Shown here in pieces: positions 39,565 through 50,182 of a DNA stretch of 64,000 nucleotides; position 1 is the stretch's first letter; the number at the start of each line of letters is the position of its first letter. Origin of the DNA: Acholeplasmataceae bacterium. GTDB taxonomy: Bacteria; Bacillota_I; Bacilli_A; Acholeplasmatales; Acholeplasmataceae. The position numbers and the translations under genes were made by a program. The notes under the pieces were generated by a model that saw nothing but the letters and a program-made list of their open reading frames with translations, had not been told where the DNA came from and made no database searches. The DNA lies in the NCBI GenBank assembly GCA_963676765.1, contig OY781159.1, forward strand, positions 848,021 to 912,020, read 5' to 3'.

Positions 39565-40224
39565 ATGAACAGAAAAGCAGTAGTTATCATGTTAATCTTA
39601 GCCATCTTTACACTTGTTAGTAGTGTAAGTTATGCATGGTTTACATACGTTGAGCAAAAGAGTTTAGCGTCTTTTGAAGCAGGTGTTTTATCTGTTTACA
39701 CAACAATGAATGATGAACCATTTTCAACAACTTACAATATCACAGATATTGCATATGTTGATTTTGAAAATGATGTCATCAATGATGTATCACAGACATT
39801 TGATTTAATGGCTTCTTCAAATGTCATTGACATTCAGTTAGACCCTCAATCACCACTTGCAGTGCATGAGATCACAATTAGTGAACCTACAAACCAAGAA
39901 GGATTACTCATATTGTTGATCAATGAAGGCATAAACTTAGAATCTGGAGCTCCAATCACATCTAATTACCACGATCTGATTGAGACGATTACAACCGGTT
40001 CAAGTACTGCTGAAGAGATGAGACTCGCGATTGATTTATATAATCAATCTGTACTAGATGATATTCATCAAACAGTTATGAGTACATCAGACACATTAAG
40101 CTTACAAGTGGTGGTATGGGGTGATTATAATGCATTAAGTGATCCAACTAATTATCTTGATTTAACTTTCACCTTAACAATTACAATTGATACAATTAAT
40201 GCAAAAGGAGCTGTTTCTCCATGA
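39565..40224 (+). CDS. SipW-class signal peptide protein E
   Basis: Signal ends SSVSYAWF; ATG at 39565 after GAGGA. Confidence 0.65.
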   Translation: MNRKAVVIMLILAIFTLVSSVSYAWFTYVEQKSLASFEAGVLSVYTTMNDEPFSTTYNITDIAYVDFENDVINDVSQTFDLMASSNVIDIQLDPQSPLAVHEITISEPTNQEGLLILLINEGINLESGAPITSNYHDLIETITTGSSTAEEMRLAIDLYNQSVLDDIHQTVMSTSDTLSLQVVVWGDYNALSDPTNYLDLTFTLTITIDTINAKGAVSP

Positions 40225-40901
40225 GATTAATTGATCGTATATTACTTATTGGTATGAGTATTTTACTTGTCTTAATGATTAGTGTGATTGTGACTTATGC
40301 TTACTTCCAAGTTTCAGAAACGCATGGCATTACCATTGATACTGGAGAATTTGAAGTTGAGTTAGTTGTTAAATTTAATGGAGTTACTGTTGATGTTGAT
40401 AGTAACTATTATGATAAAAATCGTGGGAAGATTATTGCTAATGCTTCTGATCCATTAAGCGATAATTATATTGAAAACATGACAATTGATCTAGTAGTTA
40501 CACCAGAAGTAGCCGCACGTATGCGGTTCAAAATTCAACAAGAATGGGAATTGCGTCGTTATTATTTAGACCAAGATACAGAAAATCCAATTGATCCGGT
40601 ATTTGAATCAATTTATCATCCTCAAAAGACGATAGCATATTACCCATATTCACTCATGATGTGGGCACCTGACTTTCCATATAGTTATGAACAAGATGGC
40701 ACTGTATATTACATGGATATTATACCCAATAGTGGTGTAGTTACGATTCCGTTAATTCATGGCGGATCACCATATACAGTACGAACAAATAGTGTGTTAT
40801 TTGAAGAGTGTTATGTGTATTTTGATATTTATATCGATCTTGTACAGGCAAACAGATTTGCTGAAGTATGGGGAATCGATCCCAATTATTTTAATGAGTA
40901 A
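40221..40901 (+). CDS. SipW-class signal peptide protein F
   Basis: Signal ends VIVTYAYF. Confidence 0.62.
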   Translation: MRLIDRILLIGMSILLVLMISVIVTYAYFQVSETHGITIDTGEFEVELVVKFNGVTVDVDSNYYDKNRGKIIANASDPLSDNYIENMTIDLVVTPEVAARMRFKIQQEWELRRYYLDQDTENPIDPVFESIYHPQKTIAYYPYSLMMWAPDFPYSYEQDGTVYYMDIIPNSGVVTIPLIHGGSPYTVRTNSVLFEECYVYFDIYIDLVQANRFAEVWGIDPNYFNE

Positions 40902-40916
40902 ATAAGGAAGGTATAT

Positions 40917-43900
40917 ATGAAACGTGTGATATCCAAAGTAACAATTATTATCTTAATCGTTACAACAACGCTTTTTATAAGCTCTTTTTTATCACGTGAT
41001 TTTGTATATGCAGATGATTATCAAGCATCATCATCTTGGACTGGTGCAGATATTGGTGTAACTCCTTTAAATGGTATAACATTTGATAGTGATTATAGAC
41101 AGTTTTCTACGGTTATTGATGATTATACGTTAGTTGATACAAATAAGACTTATGTGCTTGAAACGGCATATGATTTATACATGTTTTCAGAACTCGCAAG
41201 AGGAACTCAAAGTACGTTATATCTAAGTCTAGATTATGTGCTTGGTACAGACATAGATTACTTTGATGCATTACAAGAAAACATTGCATATTTGTTTACA
41301 CCAATTGGCTTTAATACACCATTTACTGGTACATTTGATGGCCAAGGATATGAAATAACGAATCTCATTTTTAGATCCGTTAATTCAACTGAAGATTATG
41401 ATACATATATGCCCGGTTTAATTTATTATTCAATGTTTTCAAGAATATCTGAGACAGCTATTATTGAAAATCTTGGTTTAATTAATCCACTCATTGTGCA
41501 AGCGATTGAACAAGGAGCTATGACGCATGTATCTGTATTAGTTGGTGAAAATAGAGGACTAGTTCAAAATGTTTATTATCTTGATAATAGAGGGGATTCT
41601 GCTGGTATTAATGCAGAAGGTAATTTCTTTATATCAGGTCTAGTGTCAAGAAATATAGGAACCATAACGAATGCATTTGTGTCAACGCCACATGTTAAAA
41701 GTTTAGCGGTTATTGATAATTTAGCATCTGCAGTATTAGTCTATTCAAATACTGGCACAATCTCACAAACATATTATGATGAAGATGTTTATGGGGATGA
41801 AGGAACAACCAGTATTTCAAATGGTGATGGTCTTTCAACAAGTGAATTCCAAAATGCGAGTAATTTTAATAGCGATTGGTATTTTAGTGATTCTTATAGT
41901 GGTCTAACAACTGACCCAGAACTTATAAGTCAAACAATCATTGATAGTACATATCCAACACTGCAAGGTGTTGCAGTAAATCAAAGGGTTATTGAAATTA
42001 ATGACGCTGTTGATTTTGTTTATATGAATGAATTATTAAATGTATCTGGTCTATTTAGAGCAAGTGATTATATAATTACAAGTGATATCGATATGAACCA
42101 AGTCTCACGCAAGGCTTATAAAGCTGCTAGTGTGGGTTTTTCTGGTTCTCTATCTAGTACGCTGATTAGTGCAGGGTCAACGCTTTACACGCATACGCCA
42201 GCGCAAGGTGGAACATATCAGTATCATACAATTATTGGACTAAAAATAAGTGATACGACATTGATTGGGAATTATGCTAGTTATGCACTATTTAGTTCTT
42301 TGTTTGGTAAGGTTACGCATCTTAATTTTTTGGATTATACAATTATTCCTGAAGATATTGAAATGACTGCAAATAGAGATCGCATTTTAATTGGTGGTAT
42401 TGCAGCTGCAAGTGCAAATGGTGCATTAATCGATGATGTGCATATTGATTTAACTATTGATATTCCAGAAACAACCACAGAACTTGGACAAGTTTTAGTT
42501 GGTGGTATGGTAGCTGAAGGATCTATTCAATTAGCAAATTCAAGTAGTACTGGTTTCATTGATGAATTAAGTTTGAATTATAATGCAAGATCAGATGAAT
42601 CTGTTGTTGCGGGTATGATTGGACACGCTTTTAATGTCACACTGGATCATGTATTAAATAATATGACCGTTGAAGGTCTAGGTTATCAAGATATACCTTC
42701 TGGGACAACTTATTATGGGGGTATGATTGGTTTTGGTAGTGCCATGGCAATGCATTATGTTGTAAATGTAGCTGATATCAATACACATACAAATGGTGCC
42801 ATAAATACTTCATATATTGGTGGTATTGTTGGCTATCAAACTGATTTGCTAGATCAGACGACATATATTTATAACAGCGGTAATGTTGCAACGACAATTA
42901 ATAGAGCACAGGATTATCACATGGCTGGTTATGGCACAATTGAAGATTTAGAAGATAATTTGAATATGGTATCTCTAACGAATAGTGGTGCTATTACTGT
43001 GCATCTTTCAGATACTATAACAACTAGTGATTTAATCAACATGGATGGTTATGTTTCTGGTGTTTTAATTAGTTATGCAAGTGGTACAATTACAGGTCTA
43101 TTCCAAACGAGAAATCAAGTGATTGATTTATCGGGTTTATCACATTTTGCAGGAACACTACTCGCACTTGATCAGACTGATTTAACAGTTGCTCAAGCTT
43201 ATCAAGAAGGTAATTTAACATTTGAAACGACAACTGATTTGACAAAATCAACAATGCATATCGCTTTGAATGTATTTGGAACAAATCTAAGTCAAACTCA
43301 TTTACGTCAAGAGGGTAACGCTAACTTTCATTTAACTGAAGATTCCAATGCTACTGTAACAGCTGGATCATTTTATATATATGGTGTGATTGAAGAAGTC
43401 AGTCAAGATTTTTATGCAACTGATCTATTCAATGGTGGAGACATTACAATTGATGTGGACAATGGTGTAGATCTTTTATATGATTTGTATATTGGTGGTA
43501 TTGGTTTTCACAATAGAAATACGAATTTATATGAAGAACATAATATAGATCCTGAATCTATTGATATTGAAACTGTTTCAGGATCCCTAGATACTGCACT
43601 TAATAGTGGATCAATTACAGTTCGTGGTGATTTAGATGGGCATGTGAAAGTAGCCGGAATTTTAGTGATGAATGCATCGATTGTCACAAATGCGATTAAT
43701 TTAGGTAATGTCGATGTAAGAAGTGATGCTCAAACAACAAATGATGCAATCGAGGCTGCAGGAATTGTCTACCTAATGCTTGGTGAATATGCGCAAATTA
43801 GAGATGCTGCTAACAATGGTGACATCATTGCAGTATCAGCAACATCAATTGGTTATGCACATGCTGCAGGGATTGCAGTAAGAAATGAATTAAATGAAGA

Positions 43901-46900
43901 TTTATCTGTTATTTCAACTGGCTTTAATCGACAGTTCGCGAAAATCATGTTTAGTGTAAATTATGGTGATATTTACGCATACAATGGCACAAATGAAAAT
44001 AGTTATACGATAACATCAGAAACGAGAAGTAAGGCTTCTGGAATCTTTGGTATTGGACTATTATCAGTGGTGAATAATTTCAATTATGGTAATGTCTTTA
44101 GTCGTTATTTAGGTGCTGGTATTTTTGGTTTTATTTACTATAACCGTTTTGGTTCAATTAATACGGATGAAGTCTATATTTCAAATAACATTAATTATGG
44201 TAAAGTTAGACAAGTTACTGGTTATAATACAAATAGTGGAGCATTTACATATAGTATGTATGCAACCCCAGACGAAGATGAACCATATGCTTTTGGTGCG
44301 ATGGTAGGTAAAGTTCACACTGGGACAACAGAATGGACATTCTTAGGTAATACGATGTATGCGATTGATCGCATCTATTTTGGTTATTTATTAAACTTCG
44401 ATTACAGAATTAATATGTTTGCTAGTGCACCAACACCAACATCATCATGGTATAACTTATTTGGTGGTGATTCTGATGATGCGAATCAAATCCTACTCTT
44501 AATGTTAGAGTATATGGCAACGACAAATCCAGATGATGAATCAGCTGCACCATTCACACGATTTACGACTGGTGGATGGATTAGTGGTGAATTTAGTAAA
44601 GTAATTACATATTTAAATGTTTCTGAAGCAGAAGAAGGTATGTTTTATGAGGGCTTTGGATTTAGGTCACAGCGTCCAGTTTATAGTGGTACTGACCAAT
44701 ACATTGCTGATTATATTGACTATATACCTAGAGAGAAAGTTAATCCAAATATATTGACTAGCATTGAAGCAAATACAAGTTATACATATCCTGGTATTTA
44801 TGCATTGGCTTCTTCATCAGGTATTGGAAATGGTATTTTTATTCCTGATAATTTTGATACAACAGGGTTAAATCCTTATACATTAGATAGTGCAACACCT
44901 GATGAATCATGGCTAGGAGAAACAACTGATCCAACATCCATTAGTCATGCTTTATATGATGAAATGAGACAAATTCAAGCATCGTTTGCAACGACAATTT
45001 ATAATTTGGAAATTATGCAAACGGATATTAATGGTAATCCAGTTCAAGATGGTCTAGTTTTATCAAATCCAGTTATTGATGATGAACGTGGTTTATTAAC
45101 GTATTACTTACCAAGTAATGCAGCTGTTTTAGGTGGCGTAAGTCCAACATTAACAGATATAACAACATATACTGAGGCAGGGCCTGGTGTCCCTGGTGTT
45201 AATGTCGTACCAGAAATTCCTGGTAGTGGTGAGATCGAGTATGCGTATATTGGAACACATCAAAAGAGCGGTACATCAATGATACCTATCGGACCTTATG
45301 CTTCTACAGGAATTTACAATCTATACTCCTATGATTCATATGGATATCCATATAATTCTGATTCAACGAGTACGTCCGTTTATGATTGGAAAATAGCAGA
45401 AGATGTCAGCGGAGATAGTGTTTTTTCAGGTGATATATTTAAGCATATACCACACACGAGAACTAGATTCATTTTTTGGTATATCTATGATGCTACTGGG
45501 TATAGAGTAACTACTTCAGGTGGTAGAAGACCTGCAGGTTATGGTGCATATAGAAGAATTAATTATACATATTCATGGGGGTCAACCGTTCAAATCTATG
45601 ATTATGTCGGTCCGAATCCAGTTTTAGAATCATATGTGTATTCAGGTATTATTGAAGATGTCGATATTTATCCAGAATCAAATGTTAGATTTAAAGCGAA
45701 TACGGATGAAGACTCATATATGATTTCCGAAAATGCAAGTTTAACTTATGGTGGTAGTGATGATCAAACATTAGTATCAGTTCCAAGAGCTTATGGCATT
45801 TATGAAAGTATGTATGACGGTGGTAGTTATATTGACTCTGTCAGTGACCATTATGGATCGATTCGCGTATTTTCAGCATCGTATAATGCTGCAGATCCAT
45901 CTACGTATAGAGATTATGAAATTAGGGTTATTAGAACAGCAGCAGAAACTATTTATGATATTGATTCACTTGATGTGAATGGTATGAATGGACTACCGGG
46001 ATTTTATAACCATGAGGATGTTACAAGTACAGTTGACCTATATTATGAGTATGATGGGACAAATGGCGCTATTCTTTGGACATATGATACGTATAATATG
46101 CCTGATTTGTACAATGTTATACCACTCATCGAATTATTTGATAATAACACACAAGTAAAAGTTGATTCCAGTTATTACAGGTTGACACAAGGTAATGTTA
46201 CAACCTCAGGTACGTTTAATAACCAGACTGGTAGTTGGGGTGTCGGACAAGTGACAACTAAGTTTGTTATTGAAGATGATTTTCCAAGTGGTAATTATAC
46301 ACTTCGTTTAACACTAGTTAGTGGTGGAACTTATGAAGTAACGTTTGATAAGATGGAAAGTGCGAATGCAACGATTTTATCATTCGTGTATCAAGAAGAA
46401 ACAATTACACCAACTGGTATGAGTTATACATCAAAGATTCCTTATGGCATCTATTATCAAGCAGGAAATACGGAAACTAACATTGTAAATTTCAGTAATT
46501 TGAGTGCAATTACTGATGTCTATTATACGGATATTGAAGCAAATCTTCCTTCCTATTTAGAAGGTTTAACGTTATCAACATTTACAACAATTGATGATAT
46601 TTCATTATCAATTAATGTGATTAATGGGTATCAACATCAATATACAGTTGCTTATCATTTATCAGCAGAAGATGGCTCAACTGCAATATTTACACATTAT
46701 TTAGTGGAAGAAGTAATGAGTCAAACACCAGTTAATATTTATAAAAATGGTGGTGCGTTGGCATCTATTGTTGATCCAATTGAAATTGGTTATGAGGAAG
46801 CACCAACTGTGCGTGTTGAATATCAGTTTGATCATGTATTCTTCCCGGGTGAAGAAGTGTTGAGCTTAACTTCAGGATTCACACCACTTGATGGTAGTGA

Positions 46901-48404
46901 AGTAGCAATACTCAATGAAGATTATTTTATGCAGACAATGGATGATGTAGGTTATGAAATTGACTTTGATAGAGATACACCAAAAGGCACATATCAATTT
47001 CAATTGACGTATAGTAATGAAGTGACGATTTGGGGAGAAACGATTAACTGGACATATGTTATGTCAACGGTTGAAGCAATTAAAGTTAGAAATGATAATT
47101 CACATCTTGTGAATGTATTATTCGCATCAGAATCTGTATTTGATGAAGTGTTAGACGCATTTAATACGATTATCGAAATTGATGAAGTAACACCAACTGA
47201 ATACTTACAGTATTATGATCCTGAAAATCCAACACAGCGTGAAATCGTTGCTCTTCCAACGTCAGGTATCGATTATGATGTTTATGAAGATTATCAAGCA
47301 TATTGGGTTGTTGGACAAGTACAACAAACAAATCTATCAGCATATTTACCAACATTTTATATCCCTGATGGAGCAAGCATTTATCGCGTAATTGATGAAA
47401 ATAATATTGACTATAGTTATCAATCAAATCAATTGCCTGCTGATTATGCGGATTATGGGACAGGTGAAAGCTTAAACTTTGTACACTATCGTATTTATGC
47501 AGAGGATTATGACGATAATCCAACGCATTATACGGATTATTACATTGCGGTACAAGATACAACAAACAACATTAAGTTTGATGTTACTGTCATTAATGAG
47601 ACAGATGCACGTATTGATGAAGTATTTGTGCATGTGAATGTTGCTCAAGTTTCAGTAGACTATGAAGATGAAATCACGAATGACATGATTTCGATTTCGA
47701 TGAATTTATTTAGTTATTATGATCCTGTATCATTAAGCTATACTAACAATCAATTCGTGACTTCTATGTATGGTAGGTATATGGTTCATGTGGATCTACC
47801 TGAGGGGTATACTGTTGATATTGAATTTCAACAAGCATTTATTGATGGCTCATCAATGTACTTAGAATCTTCACGCATTCCAAGACGTTATTATGTCACA
47901 ATCCATATCATAGAAGATACACCTGAAACTGCGGCATGGGGCTATCAAGATGTATTTGAGTTCCAATTAAACGAGGATGAACTTCAGCAAGATGTAACGT
48001 ATCAACCTGGTGATCGTTTTATGTATTTAGATAATACATATGAAGTACAACCTGGTTATACCTATACATATCATGGATCCAATGAGCCGAATACATTAAG
48101 TGCTATCGGTATTAGAAATGTGGATCTCTCATTTGATATTTACTCAACGTATATTACTGGTGATGTCGTTTATGACAATGGTGTATATTATCAATCACTT
48201 GGCGTCAATCAAAATGTCTTACCTAATGCAAGTAGTGTTGATACAGGTTTATGGTATGAATTATCAACCGATTGGTTAAGTTATAATCATTATGATGTTG
48301 GTGATCGTGTTTATTACAATAGTAATTATTACATCGCAATTACCAGCTCGCACAATGCAAATCCAGAAACAAGTCCACTTGCATGGACATTAGAAATTAT
48401 GTAA
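40917..48404 (+). CDS. Giant secreted adhesin-like protein (GLUG/M26-like N-terminal repeats; three C-terminal CBM5/12-like modules)
   Basis: Signal ending VYA-DD; FTGTFDGQGYEITNL and repeated GG(I/M)(V/I)G motifs; YQPGDRFMY, YITGDVVYDNGVYY, YDVGDRVYYNSNYY...W; no C-terminal anchor. Confidence 0.65.
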   Translation: MKRVISKVTIIILIVTTTLFISSFLSRDFVYADDYQASSSWTGADIGVTPLNGITFDSDYRQFSTVIDDYTLVDTNKTYVLETAYDLYMFSELARGTQSTLYLSLDYVLGTDIDYFDALQENIAYLFTPIGFNTPFTGTFDGQGYEITNLIFRSVNSTEDYDTYMPGLIYYSMFSRISETAIIENLGLINPLIVQAIEQGAMTHVSVLVGENRGLVQNVYYLDNRGDSAGINAEGNFFISGLVSRNIGTITNAFVSTPHVKSLAVIDNLASAVLVYSNTGTISQTYYDEDVYGDEGTTSISNGDGLSTSEFQNASNFNSDWYFSDSYSGLTTDPELISQTIIDSTYPTLQGVAVNQRVIEINDAVDFVYMNELLNVSGLFRASDYIITSDIDMNQVSRKAYKAASVGFSGSLSSTLISAGSTLYTHTPAQGGTYQYHTIIGLKISDTTLIGNYASYALFSSLFGKVTHLNFLDYTIIPEDIEMTANRDRILIGGIAAASANGALIDDVHIDLTIDIPETTTELGQVLVGGMVAEGSIQLANSSSTGFIDELSLNYNARSDESVVAGMIGHAFNVTLDHVLNNMTVEGLGYQDIPSGTTYYGGMIGFGSAMAMHYVVNVADINTHTNGAINTSYIGGIVGYQTDLLDQTTYIYNSGNVATTINRAQDYHMAGYGTIEDLEDNLNMVSLTNSGAITVHLSDTITTSDLINMDGYVSGVLISYASGTITGLFQTRNQVIDLSGLSHFAGTLLALDQTDLTVAQAYQEGNLTFETTTDLTKSTMHIALNVFGTNLSQTHLRQEGNANFHLTEDSNATVTAGSFYIYGVIEEVSQDFYATDLFNGGDITIDVDNGVDLLYDLYIGGIGFHNRNTNLYEEHNIDPESIDIETVSGSLDTALNSGSITVRGDLDGHVKVAGILVMNASIVTNAINLGNVDVRSDAQTTNDAIEAAGIVYLMLGEYAQIRDAANNGDIIAVSATSIGYAHAAGIAVRNELNEDLSVISTGFNRQFAKIMFSVNYGDIYAYNGTNENSYTITSETRSKASGIFGIGLLSVVNNFNYGNVFSRYLGAGIFGFIYYNRFGSINTDEVYISNNINYGKVRQVTGYNTNSGAFTYSMYATPDEDEPYAFGAMVGKVHTGTTEWTFLGNTMYAIDRIYFGYLLNFDYRINMFASAPTPTSSWYNLFGGDSDDANQILLLMLEYMATTNPDDESAAPFTRFTTGGWISGEFSKVITYLNVSEAEEGMFYEGFGFRSQRPVYSGTDQYIADYIDYIPREKVNPNILTSIEANTSYTYPGIYALASSSGIGNGIFIPDNFDTTGLNPYTLDSATPDESWLGETTDPTSISHALYDEMRQIQASFATTIYNLEIMQTDINGNPVQDGLVLSNPVIDDERGLLTYYLPSNAAVLGGVSPTLTDITTYTEAGPGVPGVNVVPEIPGSGEIEYAYIGTHQKSGTSMIPIGPYASTGIYNLYSYDSYGYPYNSDSTSTSVYDWKIAEDVSGDSVFSGDIFKHIPHTRTRFIFWYIYDATGYRVTTSGGRRPAGYGAYRRINYTYSWGSTVQIYDYVGPNPVLESYVYSGIIEDVDIYPESNVRFKANTDEDSYMISENASLTYGGSDDQTLVSVPRAYGIYESMYDGGSYIDSVSDHYGSIRVFSASYNAADPSTYRDYEIRVIRTAAETIYDIDSLDVNGMNGLPGFYNHEDVTSTVDLYYEYDGTNGAILWTYDTYNMPDLYNVIPLIELFDNNTQVKVDSSYYRLTQGNVTTSGTFNNQTGSWGVGQVTTKFVIEDDFPSGNYTLRLTLVSGGTYEVTFDKMESANATILSFVYQEETITPTGMSYTSKIPYGIYYQAGNTETNIVNFSNLSAITDVYYTDIEANLPSYLEGLTLSTFTTIDDISLSINVINGYQHQYTVAYHLSAEDGSTAIFTHYLVEEVMSQTPVNIYKNGGALASIVDPIEIGYEEAPTVRVEYQFDHVFFPGEEVLSLTSGFTPLDGSEVAILNEDYFMQTMDDVGYEIDFDRDTPKGTYQFQLTYSNEVTIWGETINWTYVMSTVEAIKVRNDNSHLVNVLFASESVFDEVLDAFNTIIEIDEVTPTEYLQYYDPENPTQREIVALPTSGIDYDVYEDYQAYWVVGQVQQTNLSAYLPTFYIPDGASIYRVIDENNIDYSYQSNQLPADYADYGTGESLNFVHYRIYAEDYDDNPTHYTDYYIAVQDTTNNIKFDVTVINETDARIDEVFVHVNVAQVSVDYEDEITNDMISISMNLFSYYDPVSLSYTNNQFVTSMYGRYMVHVDLPEGYTVDIEFQQAFIDGSSMYLESSRIPRRYYVTIHIIEDTPETAAWGYQDVFEFQLNEDELQQDVTYQPGDRFMYLDNTYEVQPGYTYTYHGSNEPNTLSAIGIRNVDLSFDIYSTYITGDVVYDNGVYYQSLGVNQNVLPNASSVDTGLWYELSTDWLSYNHYDVGDRVYYNSNYYIAITSSHNANPETSPLAWTLEIM

Positions 48405-48409
48405 AAGAA

Positions 48410-48441
48410 AAAAGGTTATTAGCAGATGCTAATAGCCTTTT
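48410..48441. terminator. Bidirectional intrinsic terminator
   Basis: AAAAGGTTATTAGCA-ga-TGCTAATAGCCTTTT between convergent genes. Confidence 0.85.
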
Positions 48442-49087
48442 ATGTTAGTTTTTTAGCGTATATAACAGCAGAACACACACAAGGTGGTTTACCACAAACA
48501 GAACAATGACAGCCTGATTCAAGGCTAGACTGATACCAGTAATTAGGTATTTCAATGAAGCGTTTAAAACTTGTTTTCATTAAGACGCCATGTAAGTTCG
48601 TTCCAAGTTTAGATTTCCAAGCAATTGTGAATACTGTCTTACGATCACGTATCTTAAATTCATGTAAGGCATCAACAATTAAACTTGTACCAATACCTAA
48701 TCCTTTAAAGTTTTTATTAATGGCAATCGTCTTTATCACTCCTAAATCACTTGCTCCTTGCAAAGGATAAGGGATAACATCTGATTCTATATTTAATAAA
48801 TCTGGTAAATCTTTTTCATCTAGTTTAATAGATATGCAAAATCCAAGTACTTGATTTGTTTTATGATCTATGGCGGTTCTGCCTATATAATTTGTATGGT
48901 CTTTGACACATTTATCTAGTAGTTCTTCAGTCACATAATCTTGACCAAGTTGTTTATCAGATATTTTAAAGATTTCTAAGAAATGTTTTTCATGCATATC
49001 AATAATTCGATAACTATCCGTTTTTGGACGTACAATATGCTCTTGTTTTTCTTGATTTATATCATGTGCTATTTTTGAATAAGACAA
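48440..49087 (-). CDS. GNAT family acetyltransferase with Cys-rich C-terminus
   Basis: TIAINKNFKGLGIGTSL; tail CHCSVCGKPPCVC. Confidence 0.75.
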   Translation of the reverse strand: MSYSKIAHDINQEKQEHIVRPKTDSYRIIDMHEKHFLEIFKISDKQLGQDYVTEELLDKCVKDHTNYIGRTAIDHKTNQVLGFCISIKLDEKDLPDLLNIESDVIPYPLQGASDLGVIKTIAINKNFKGLGIGTSLIVDALHEFKIRDRKTVFTIAWKSKLGTNLHGVLMKTSFKRFIEIPNYWYQSSLESGCHCSVCGKPPCVCSAVIYAKKLT

Positions 49088-49202
49088 TGATCATACCTCC
49101 TTTGAATGAAAAATCAGCCGTGTTCGCGGTTGATTTTAAATAGATAAAACTTATATCACTAACTTCATTATACCTTAATAAAGGTAAAAAGTCTAACTTG
49201 AG

Positions 49203-50171
49203 CTACGACTCAAAAGGATATTTGAGTGGCATTTCTTCCCTAATAGTGTCCATTAATTTCATCGTTTTCAGTGATTTTTTGTGTGTCATGACTGGATCCT
49301 CAAAAAAACCCATTTCAATATCATGAACAAATGATTGGATTTCATGAACAAATCCACCACCTAAGTGTTTACGTTTTTCCCATTTCCCATTAATGCTGAA
49401 TAATTCGTTTCCATGAAATTTTGGCATGACAATTCTAGCCTTTTCAAATGTTAAGATAGCATGATCTCCCAAAATAGAAGCAATACTATGCTTGATTTGA
49501 ATCTCGGCATTATCTTTAAGTGTTATATAGATGGTTCCTTTTTTATCAACACCTGATTTTGTAAATTTTGTCTTCGTTTTAATGTCTTTGATCTCTTGGT
49601 CTACGATCCAATGCATGAAACTTACAGGATAAATACCTAAATCTAATAAACTACCACCAGCTAAAAGAGGATTTAAAATACGACCTTCCTTTTTAGTAAA
49701 TGGGATGATTGGGAATCCAAACTTTAATTTAGCATGTAACAGTTTTCCAAATTTATGTGCTTTTATTTGATCTACGATATAAGTCGTTGCAGGCAAAAAA
49801 TGTGTCCACATCGCTTCCATAAGAAGGACTTTATGGGTCTTGGCAACTTCCATCATATCTGCAAATTCCTTCGCATTGACGGAGACAGGTTTTTCAACTA
49901 ATACATGCTTGTTATGATGCATAAATAAGATTGCATGTTCTTTATGAAAACGATGGGGTGTTGCAATATAGACAGCATCAATAACATCGCTTTTTGCCAT
50001 TTCTTCATAACTGCCAAATGCATACTCACATCCATAATATGTTTTATAGTTATCAGCTTTTTCATTAGAGCGTGCTGAAACTGCAGTCAATTTCGCATGT
50101 TCTACTAATTTTAAATCACTTGCAAATTTTTTCGCAATGCCACCTGCACCTACGATACCAAATCTAATCAT
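49203..50171 (-). CDS. Gfo/Idh/MocA family oxidoreductase
   Basis: GIVGAGGIA, VLVEKP, EAMWT, GGSLLDLGIY. Confidence 0.9.
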   Translation of the reverse strand: MIRFGIVGAGGIAKKFASDLKLVEHAKLTAVSARSNEKADNYKTYYGCEYAFGSYEEMAKSDVIDAVYIATPHRFHKEHAILFMHHNKHVLVEKPVSVNAKEFADMMEVAKTHKVLLMEAMWTHFLPATTYIVDQIKAHKFGKLLHAKLKFGFPIIPFTKKEGRILNPLLAGGSLLDLGIYPVSFMHWIVDQEIKDIKTKTKFTKSGVDKKGTIYITLKDNAEIQIKHSIASILGDHAILTFEKARIVMPKFHGNELFSINGKWEKRKHLGGGFVHEIQSFVHDIEMGFFEDPVMTHKKSLKTMKLMDTIREEMPLKYPFES

Positions 50172-50182
50172 ATATAACTCCT

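Noticed and set aside
38029-40901. Type IV pilins or sortase pili
   Set aside because: No G/F-x4-E prepilin site, no LPXTG motif and no sortase or prepilin peptidase; the peptidases are S26 SipW type.
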